Source: Octopus vulgaris (taxonomy: Eukaryota). From it: a stretch of DNA of 64,000 bases. Shown one piece after another: positions 54,447 to 64,000 of the stretch. The notes beneath the pieces were generated by a model. That model made no database searches, was not told where the DNA came from, and saw only the letters and a list, made by a program, of their open reading frames with translations. Position 1 is the stretch's first letter. The number at the start of each line of letters is the position of its first letter. The DNA lies in NCBI GenBank assembly GCA_951406725.2, contig OX597838.1, forward strand, positions 14,198,001 to 14,262,000, in the 5' to 3' direction. A program made the position numbers and the translations under genes.

Positions 54447-54566
54447 CTGGAATAATCATTGCCTCTCAATCCCTCTTTCATGGGCCCAAAGAGATGATAG
54501 TCCAGTGATGAGGAAATGAAAACTGTAGTGAAGAAGTGACTCAAAGAACAGTCAACAGAATTTTAC
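54447..54566. pseudogene. Mariner fragment containing a 49-bp micro-inversion
   Basis: Minus strand DYHLFGPMKEGLRGNDY; plus strand SSDEEMKTVVKK*LKEQSTEFY. Confidence 0.7.
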
Positions 54567-54570
54567 ATCG

Positions 54571-54876
54571 AGCTTACGATTGTGAGGTTGTGAGTTCGAA
54601 TCCCAGACCGGGTAGTGTGTTGTGTTCTTAAGCAAAACATTTTATTTCACATTGCTCCAGTTCACTCAGCTGTAGAAATGAGTTGTGACGTCACAAGTGC
54701 CAAGCTGTATCGGCCCCTTTGCCTTTCCCTTGGATAACACTGGTGGCATGGAGAAGGGAGGCCGGTATGCATAGGTGACTGCTGGTCTTCCATAAACAAC
54801 CTTGCCCGGACTTGTGCCTGGGAGGGTAACTTTCTAGGTGCAATCCCACAGTCAGTCATGACTGAAGGGGGTCTCA
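54571..54876 (+). mobile_element. Family-B-headed SINE with an alternative 3' module
   Basis: Matches 23838-24108. Confidence 0.75.
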
Positions 54877-55477
54877 ATCTTGATCATCAAGTGATGACTG
54901 TAAAGAAGAATCACGGTCATACAAGTAGTGTTATTGTATAGAAACAATATATGATGATCATATTTCATGCTAGCATGGGTCAAACAAAATTTATTGAAGC
55001 AGATTGCCTATGGATGCATGTCCTCCTTGTTGTCAAACCTCGTCTGTTTTCAAGCGAGGTAATATTTCCCCACTACCAAAAATGTTTTTGCAGAAAATTG
55101 GAATTAAAGGACACTGCTTGCATGACGATGACACTCATTTACGACTGTTATATGATGTTGAAACAAGAAGATGGAATCATTGAAAAAAAAATAAAACAAA
55201 AACATACAACAGGCTTCTTTCAGTTTCCATCTACCAAATCCACTCAGAAGACTATGGTTGGCTTGGAGGTTATAGAAGAAAATATTTGCCCATAGGCAAG
55301 ATTGAGACCCTCTTCGGTCAAGATTGAACTTGGAACCATGTAGTTGGGAAGCAAACTTGTGGACCAGACAGCCACACCTGAGCGTATAAGCTGTATAAAT
55401 GGCAAAAGAAGGAGTCAGCTCACCTGTGGGCCAGAGGCTGGAGCATGATTTTCATGCTCTATTGCACCAGTACAGTG

Positions 55478-55720
55478 GAGAAGCATGGCTTAGTGGTTAA
55501 GGTGTTGGACTCATGATTGTAAGATTGTGGTTTCAATTCCTGAGTCGGGTGACGTGTTGTGTTCTTGAGCAAAACACTTCATTTCATCTTGCTCCAGTTC
55601 ATACAGCTGCCAAAAATGAGTGATCCTGCGATAGACTGGCGTCCTGTCCAGGTAAGGAATTTATACGTCATGGAAACCGGGAAACCAGCCCCATGACTTT
55701 ATATGACATGGGAAGGATCT
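55478..55720 (+). mobile_element. SINE family B
   Basis: Matches 23436-23680. Confidence 0.8.
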
Positions 55721-56083
55721 TTAATCTTTTAATCCTATTGCACCAGTGCATGTGCACTCCTCTGAGGCAAAATCCAGTCTGCTTTAAATTCTTATACTCA
55801 TTTTTCTTTATAAATCATCATCATTTAATGTCCATTTTCCATGCCAGCATGGGTTGGACGGTTTGACAGGAGCTGACAAGCTGAAGAGCTGTTCTGGCTC
55901 TCTGTCTGTTTTTGGCATGGTTTCTTTGGCTGGATGCCCTCCCTAATGCCAACCACTTCACAGAGTGTACTGGGTGGTTTTATGCAACACCTGTATGGGT
56001 ACTCTTTACATGGTACCAACACCTATGAGCCACAAGATTAGGGATGCTCAGCTGGGGAGGGTTGCAGGGGATGAGCCTGTATG

Positions 56084-56230
56084 CACTAGCATAGCTAGAG
56101 TGTGCTGCCTGCGGCGACCCTTCTGTTTGCTGTCTCAGGACCCCACAAAAAACACATATTGCCTACAACAGACCCAAAAAGGGCCACCCGAGGTGGACCA
56201 CTCCTACTGCACCCCCTAGCTATGCTAGTG
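56084..56230. mobile_element. hAT-type MITE with 15-bp TIRs and an 8-bp TSD
   Basis: TIRs CACTAGCATAGCTAG/CTAGCTATGCTAGTG; flanks CCTGTATG and CCTGTATA. Confidence 0.8.
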
Positions 56231-56514
56231 CCTGTATACAAGGGCAACCACACCTTTACTTAGCTTGACGTGTCTTTTCAAGCACAGCAAACTATCAGGA
56301 GTCTTGGTCCCCTGTCGTCCCCTTTTTGAGTTCCTAAAACCTTTATATGGATTATGCTGTGGACTGTGATCTGTTGAAATCTATGGCAGTAAATTACCCC
56401 AAAACTATGGTCTTCCGCTTCCTCATGGCAAGAAAGTGTGAAGTGAGAGAGTATTAGCTGCTACTTCTAACAGGCTAAGTAAGAAGATAAAGCTATCTTT
56501 TATCTTAACTTATA

Positions 56515-56715
56515 TATAGTTGGAATTTACAAAAAAACAAAACACGAAGACAGGTGTATAAACAACAAGCAGGTGTGTTAGTTTAATGCTCAGGAAGGTG
56601 AGATAGTCTTTTTCGTTTCAAGCCTACGATCTTCAACAGAAAAGAAACCAAAGGAAATAAACAGAGAGCGAATAAAAAAAGCTTTAGTGGCTAGCAGTTG
56701 ATCATGGCTTACATA
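56515..56715 (-). mobile_element. Penelope-like fragment with a decayed hammerhead (56607-56644, cleavage-site U lost)
   Basis: Homologous to 37025-37200. Confidence 0.5.
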
Positions 56716-56728
56716 AATATATATATAT

Positions 56729-57077
56729 AGGCGCAAGAGTGGCTGTGGGGTAAGTAACTTGCTAACCAACCACATGGTTCCGGGTTCAGTCCCACTGCGT
56801 GGCATCTTGGGCAAGTGTCTTCTGCTATAGCCTTGTGAGTGGATTTGGTAGACGGAAACTGAAAGAAGCCTGTCGTATATATGTATATATATGTATGTGT
56901 TTGTCCCCCGATGCTGGTGTGTTTACGTCTCCGTCACTTAGCGGTTTGGCAAAAGTGACCGATAGAATAATACTGGGCTTACAAGGAATAAGTCCCGGGG
57001 TCGATTTGGTCGACTAAAGGCGGTGCTCCAGCATGGCCGCAGTCAAATGACTGAAACAAGTAAAAGAGTAAAGAGTA
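56729..57077 (+). mobile_element. SINE family A
   Basis: Similarity to 127-546, with small internal deletions. Confidence 0.9.
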
Positions 57078-57082
57078 ATATA

Positions 57083-57400
57083 TGACAGGCTACTTTCAGT
57101 TTCCATCTACCAAATCCACTTACAAGACTTTGATCGGCCTGAGGCTATAGTAGAAGACACTTGCCCAAGGTGTCACGCAGTAGGACTGAACCCAGAACCA
57201 TGTGGTTGGGAAGCAAATTTCTTACCACACATCTACTCCTGCACCTATATATATATACACACACACACACACAGTGGACTTCCTTCAGTTTCCATCTACC
57301 AGATCTACTCCCAAGGCTATAGAAGAAGACACACGAAGTGTGATGCGGGCTGGGGAACTGAACTCGAAACCATGATGTTGAAAAGCAAGTTTCTTAACCT
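57083..57400 (-). mobile_element. Two partial SINE family A heads
   Basis: 57083-57246 and 57275-57400. Confidence 0.75.
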
Positions 57401-57462
57401 ATAGCTCTTTTATTTTGCATTTAGCACAAATTTGTAGCAAGCAATATCTCTTTTTTTTTCTT

Positions 57463-57856
57463 TCTTTTTACTTGTTTCAGTCATTTGATTGTGGCCATGC
57501 TGGAGCACCGCCTTTAATCGAGCAACTCAACCCCGGGACTTATTCTTTGTAAGCCCAGTACTTATTCTATCGGTCTCTTTTGCCGAACCGCTAAGTGACG
57601 GGGACATAAACACACCAGCATCGGTTGTCAAGCAATGCTAGGGGGACAAACACAGACACACAAACACACACATATATATATATACATGTATACGACAGGC
57701 TTCTTTCAGTTTCCGTCTACTAAATCCACTCACAAGGCTTTGGTCGGCCCGAGGCTATGGTAGAAGACACTTGCCCAAGGTGCCACACTGTGGGACTGAA
57801 CCCAGAACCATGTGGTTGGTAAACAAGCTACTTACCACACAGCCACTCCTGCGCCT
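57463..57856 (-). mobile_element. SINE family A (full length)
   Basis: Reverse-complement copy of 127-546. Confidence 0.9.
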
Positions 57857-58344
57857 ATGAGCAAATTAATTATACGTAAACATGGCAACAGGAAAAGTCC
57901 AAATTCTCAAAAGTTATTTTTTAATTAAAAAGGATAACCTTTATAATTTATCATTTGCACCTTGGGGGAACTAGAATAAAAAAAAAGATTGTAGTTAACC
58001 CTTCTCTTGATATTTTAAGCCTGTGTTCCTTGTGTTCGATGAAAAATCAGGCTTTGATTCAAATGGAAACAAATAATGATGGGTGGAGTTAAGAGGAGTC
58101 AATGACGACAGACTCATAAGAGACAGGTAGAGAGCCTCTTCATCAGTGGATCTCACCATTTAGCTATGAACCCCTTTGGTTCCTTTTTCACAGTGGTGAC
58201 CACTCATAGCCATTCAGTGTTTTAAAAAAATCTTATTATATTTTTATAATTAAATATTATTAGGAATTGTATAAAAAAAAAATTGTTAAAATACTTTGTG
58301 TATGCGGGAACCTGGCTGAGAATTACTGCTCTCCATGATCTATG

Positions 58345-59110
58345 GTCTGCTAGAAATAGCAGTCAAGTCTACTTCAATTCAGGTACTATCATCTTTAAAA
58401 AAAGGCAAAAACACATTGGGATAATGTAGTACTAAATATGCTGCGGATGGTCACGGTAAGAAAGTCTTTGATTCCAGGTCTACTGGATCTGGGGTAACCT
58501 GGGATTAAACAATAAGGAACGACACCTTAGATAATGTAGTTCTAGACAGATTATGTTCGAATAAAAGGCGAGATGGTCACAGCTAGAACGCTTTGATCAT
58601 AAGTCTGTTGGATCAGGGATGGCCTGGGATTAAACAAGAAGGAATTACACGTTAAATAATCTAGTCCTAGAAACTAAATATAAAGGACGTTTACGGCGGG
58701 AACATCATTGATCACAGGCCTGTCTGCTGGATATGGACAGACGTGGGGCTAAAAAAAGGAAGGACACATTAGATATAATATAAATATATAGTCCTAGACA
58801 CTCAATATGAATAAAAGAGAAGGCGATCACATCCTGGGGCTACAGAACAAGGGCGCCTTACATAATGTAGGCCTACATGTTACATTAAGTAAACAGCAGA
58901 ATGGTTACAGCTGGAATATCTTTGCTTCATAGGATTGCTGGATCGGGGCTGAACTCCAGCTAAACAACAACAGCAACACGAAAGAAGTATTCGTTAAATG
59001 ATGCAATTCTAAATGGATTGTCGCAATAAAGACAGGTTGGTCACGGCTGGAACATCTTTGATACGAGAGGTCTGCTGGATCAGAAGCTGACCTGTGGTTA
59101 AAACAACTAG
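58345..59110 (+). repeat. Degenerate tandem array (~100-120-bp units) of a dispersed repeat module
   Basis: GATAATGTAGTCCTAG..GGTCACGGCTGGAA..TTTGATCATAGGTCTGCTGGATC..GGGGCTAAACAA recurs about 6 times; dispersed copies near 660-830, 33020-33240, 34460-34760, 43060-43375. Confidence 0.75.
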
Positions 59111-59395
59111 ACCCACAACCACAACAGGTTACAAAACTCAGGTGTTCGTGTCGTCGCGAGAAGAGTAGAGCGGGGTATTGGATATTAAGGGACAGGAATT
59201 GATTATTCTTGGAGCCGAGAGACAGGTTTATTAGACGTAAACGTCGATGAGTAACAGGTAAATGGTTTTCGCGACAAAGTAGAAAAAAAGCGACGAGTCC
59301 CTTGTCTCCATCTTTGGAGAGCAGCGATTAGTTTAGTTCAGCTTTTGTCTTTAATTCGAATCACCTTAAATATTCACTGTGTGTGTGTGTATATT

Positions 59396-59426
<31 letters not shown>

Positions 59427-59799
59427 CTACATATATACATACATATACGCTCACGATGAAAGGATATTGTGGCAATCACACGCTCACAAAAGATCGATGA
59501 CAGCTTTCTGTGTCGTGTATAATAAATACTCATTGTGTATGTGTATGTATGTATACACAGACGTGTATAATTCCCTCCAAACACACACACATAGACACAT
59601 TGGTGTATCTGTGTACATCTGTAAGCACGTCTCTGTGTGTGTGTATTTGTGCCTGTGGGCGTGTGTATGTTTATGTGATGTGTGTGTGTGTGTGTGTGTG
59701 TATGTGTGTATGTGAGTAGTCAACCTGTGTTATCCGATTACATCAACAGACGAAGGTTGGCAGAAAACGAAACAGTTTTTCGAAAAGCAAATTGGAGTA

Positions 59800-59844
<45 letters not shown>

Positions 59845-59938
59845 AAATACATACCTACTACATAAACATATGCACACAGAAAGATCTGACAGGTGCGTGA
59901 AGAAAAAAATAGTAAAATATGTTTAGGAGGTTCCTTAC

Positions 59939-60044
59939 CGTCAACAAAGGTACAAAGAGTCAGGTAAAACATTGCCCAAAACATGAATGGGCAGTGATGC
60001 TTGGCCTGCCGGGCGCACTGACCGAATGAAGTGACAGCAGCCAT
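59939..60044 (-). CDS. Coding exon 1 of an unidentified secreted/membrane precursor protein (signal peptide)
   Basis: ATG at 60044 gives MAAVTSFGQCARQAKHHCPFMFWAMFYLTLCTFVD-G, with a hydrophobic core and a V-x-G cleavage pattern. It ends at donor G|GTAAGG in phase 1, matching the phase-1 start of the exon at 50418. Confidence 0.7.
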
Positions 60045-60557
60045 GCTGACAGATGACGCACTATAATACAATATTACAGTATACAGTAAACAGTCCTTGC
60101 TGTTCAATGAACAGTTGGACAAACAACCACTACTACTTCGCGTTTTTTAAACACCTATTGTTCCGCACCGTTAAAATAGTGCCGAACCCATTACCTTGTA
60201 ACTTTCGTTTCTATCGTTATTTTTTCCCATTGTTTTGTCGCTAGATAAAGTCGTCAACATCACATGGAGAATATTTTTGTTTTCTCTGCATAGATTAGTG
60301 GAATTGGATTTTAGTGGTGTACGACCAATATGTGTGTGTGTGTGTGTTCATGCGTGTGTGTGTGTGTGTGTGTGTGGTACACGTATGTACAAGAACATAC
60401 ATACGTCATGTTACGTATGTGTGTGTGTGATCGCGCTCATATCTATGAATGTAATTGCGTGCGCATTTGAAATGTGTCAGTGCGCGTGAACATGTCAGTA
60501 CATTTGGGGCATGTGTTACACAATGAGTGTATATCTGTGTACGTGTATATGTATGTA

Positions 60558-60592
<35 letters not shown>

Positions 60593-60961
60593 GTGTATAT
60601 ATGTGTGTGTGTGTGTTTGTATATACATATATATATGTATGTATATATGTGTGTTTGTATATATATATATATGTATATATGTATATATATGTATGTATAT
60701 ATCTGTGTTTGTATATATATATATATGTATATATATATGTGTGTGTGTGTGTTTGTATATATATGTGTGTGTGTGTTTGTATATATATATATATATATGT
60801 ATGTATATATGTGTGTTTGTATATATATATATATATATATGTATATGTATATATGTGTGTGTTTGTATATATATATATACATAAGTACACACACACACAC
60901 ACACACATACATACATATATATATATATAGATAGATAGAGATAGACTGATATAATACACAT

Positions 60962-60992
<31 letters not shown>

Positions 60993-61066
60993 CATACATA
61001 CACACATATACAAATATAAATATATAGATATATGTATATATACATATATACGTATATATGTATGCC

Positions 61067-61101
<35 letters not shown>

Positions 61102-61623
61102 AACATACATGTTTATTACATACATCTGCGCACACATATACACACACGCTACAAGTTATACACACCGCCGCCACCACCACCACCACCACCGCCACCACAA
61201 CCACCACCACCACCACCGCAACCACCACCGACACACAGTAAACAGTACAAAAGCATCAGCAGATACCATATTGGTGTTTAGTTTCAGTTATTATCGATCT
61301 CTCCCCCCTACCTCTCCCTCTCTCCTTTCATTCAATAATTTATTATCCTCTCTCCCTCATTCACATATCTGTCCTTCTTCCTTTCATTCTTCCCTCTCAT
61401 TCATTCAATCATTTCTTTTCTCTATCTGTCTCTGCCTTTCGTTTCTAGCTTTCTCTTTTCTTTCATTTTTTTTTACACTCTCTCTCTCTCTCTCTCTCTC
61501 TCCTCTCATTTCCTTTAATAACTTATTCTCCTCTTTCAACTTTTCTTTCTATCTCTTCATATTCACTTTTCTCACTCACCCCTCTCTTACTCTCTCTTTC
61601 ATCTCTCTTTCATTATCTACCTG

Positions 61624-61687
<64 letters not shown>

Positions 61688-61872
61688 CCTACCTACCTAC
61701 CTACCTACTTACCTACATAGCTATCTATCTACCTACCTACCTACCTACCTACCTACCTACCTATCTATCTATCTATCTATCTACCTACCTACCTACCTAC
61801 CTACCTACCTATCTATCTACCTATCTACCTACCTACCTATCTATCTATCTATCTACCTATCTACCTACCTAC

Positions 61873-61923
<51 letters not shown>

Positions 61924-62189
61924 CCTACCTACCTATCTATCTATCTCTCTCTACCACTCCCTTTCTTATATTATCCTCCTGTACACCCTCTCTCCTTTTC
62001 TCTACGTTCTCTCTCTATGACTCTTCACTACTATGTCACACATTATACACTCCTCATACCCTCTTTCTCATCCCTCTCTCTATAATTCTCCCTGTCACTC
62101 TCTAGCCTCCTACTCCTATATACTACAGTTCGATCATCCATTCACACATTTAAAGTTCACACACTTCTTGCACTGTTCTTCCCCTTTAC

Positions 62190-62390
62190 CGCGTGTGTAT
62201 CGTTGGCGACTTTCTCTGTCTTCCCTTCATTGGACCTTTTCTTTTTTTCTATATTTCTGACGAAGAGCTCCGCTCAAAACGTTAACTCCTTTCCTTTCCT
62301 TTCCTGAGCGTCCAATAACACTATACGTGTTCCACGTACTCGCGTTGCTGTGTTTTCTCTTTGTTTGGATTTATTTGTTTGGATTTATTA
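62190..62390 (+). mobile_element. Penelope-like fragment with hammerhead motif (CTGACGA-A-GAGC-tcc-GCTC-AAAAC, G12A)
   Basis: Closely similar to 63395-63600; motif at about 62254-62286. Confidence 0.55.
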
Positions 62391-62397
62391 TATATAT

Positions 62398-62767
62398 ATC
62401 ATCATCATCATCATCATCGTTTAACGTCCACTTTCCATGCTAGCATGGGTTGGACGGTTCAACTGGGGTCTGGGAAGCCAGAAGGCTGCACCAAGCCCAG
62501 TCAGATCTGGCAGCGTTTCTACGGCTGGATGCCCTTCCTAACGCTAGCCACTCTGTGAGTGTAATGGGTGCTTTTTACGTGCCACCGACACAGGTGCCAG
62601 GCAAGGCTGGCGAACAGCCATGCACGGATGGTGTTTGTTACGTGCCACCGGCACAGAGGCCAGTTGATGCGGTGCTGGCTACGGCCATGTTCGGATCAAA
62701 TTCCATTGATGTTGATTGATTTCGATTTTGATTTTCACTTGCCTCAACAGGTCTTCACAAGTAGAGT

Positions 62768-62798
<31 letters not shown>

Positions 62799-63356
62799 CA
62801 TCATCATCATCATCATCATCATTTAACGTCTGCTTTCCATGCTAGCATGGGTTGGACGATATGACTGAGGTCTAGCGAACCAGATGGCTGCACCAGGCTC
62901 CAATCTGTTCTGGCAGAGTTTCTACAGCTGGATGCCCTTTCTAATCCCAATCACTCCGAGAGTGTAGTGGGTGCTTTTACGTGCCACTGGCACAAGAGCC
63001 AGTCAGGCGGTACTGGCAACGGCCACGCTCAAATGGTGCTTTCTATGTGCCACCTGCACAGGAGCCAGTCCAGCGGCGGAAGCCAGTTTGTTGCTCTGGC
63101 AACGATCACGCTTGGATGGTACTCTTAGCGCTCCACTAGCATGGATGCCAGTCATTGAATTTGATATCGATTTCGATTTCACTTGCCTCAACAGGTCTTT
63201 GCAAGCAGAGTTTAATGTCCAATGAAGGAAAGGTACGCATAAGTGGGTTGGTTACACCCCTGGCATAGGCTGCGAGGTTATGGTGTCACTTGGCTTGCCG
63301 AGTCTTCTCAAACACAGCATATTTCCAAAGGTCCTGGTCACTAGTCATTGCCTCGG
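62398..63356 (-). mobile_element. Two tandem RTE-tailed repeat copies
   Basis: 62398-62765 and 62798-63356. Confidence 0.75.
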
Positions 63357-63394
63357 CATATATATATGTGCATGTGTGTGTGTGTGTAAATGTG

Positions 63395-63596
63395 ACCGCG
63401 TGTGTACCGTTGGCGATTTTTTTTCCTCTGTCTTCCCTTCTCTGGATCTTTCCTTTTTCTATGTTTCCGATGAAGAGCTCCGTTCGAAATATTAAACCCT
63501 CCTTCTTTCTTTCTTTCCTTAGTGTCCAATAAAACTAAATTTGTTCCTAGTCCTCGCGTTGTTGTGTTTTTTTGTGCTTTCTTGTTTTAACTATAT

Positions 63597-63600
<4 letters not shown>
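63395..63600 (+). mobile_element. Penelope-like fragment with hammerhead motif (CCGATGA...GAAA-TA-TT, U4C)
   Basis: Motif at 63463-63497 with stem I GTTT/AAAC; element ends in (TA)n. Confidence 0.55.
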
Positions 63601-63642
<42 letters not shown>

Positions 63643-63708
63643 GGATATATAATTTTGCCACCAACATGGTACACTTCGATTGTGTATATATTGTATATAA
63701 TTGTATAT

Positions 63709-63848
63709 GTGTGGCTGTGTGCTAAGAAGTTTACTTCCCAACCAAATGGGTTCAGGATCAGTCCCACAGTGAAGCACTTTGAGCAAGTGTCTTTTATTAT
63801 ACCCTTGGACCAAATAAAACCTTGAGTGGATTTGGTAGATGGAAACTG
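63709..63848 (+). mobile_element. SINE family A head fragment
   Basis: Diverged head; similar fragments at 54190-54335 and 55205-55385. Confidence 0.7.
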
Positions 63849-64000
63849 CTGCTGTTAGTAATGGTGGTGGTGATGGTGATGGTGGTGGTTGTGATGTCTC
63901 ACTCAAGCTTTGCTTTTATAAGCAACACGCTGTTAACAACAACAGTAACAACAACAAGACTAACAATTATAAGGAATTCCCTCCAGAATTATGTAACATA

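Overview
AT-rich, microsatellite-saturated eukaryotic DNA. The SINE families and repeat landscape suggest an octopus/coleoid cephalopod genome (inference, not verified). Almost all ORFs in the supplied track are microsatellite or repeat translations. One real gene is supportable on the minus strand: two spliceable coding exons (60044-59939 and 50418-49808) give a 239-aa N-terminal part of a secreted or membrane precursor with a signal peptide and several di/polybasic sites; its downstream exons were not found. The rest is intron-like or intergenic DNA holding at least four tRNA-derived SINE families (some with intact TSDs, some as concatemers), RTE and R4/Dong LINE 3' fragments, decayed mariner transposons, hAT- and piggyBac-like MITEs, minisatellites and long palindromes. 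The most notable signal is about a dozen minimal type-I hammerhead ribozyme motifs from several unrelated short elements, mostly beside (TA)n tracts and probably Penelope-like or retrozyme-like. Three have complete catalytic cores (44470-44585, 48231-48303, 48784-48876), and all three lie on the strand opposite the gene.
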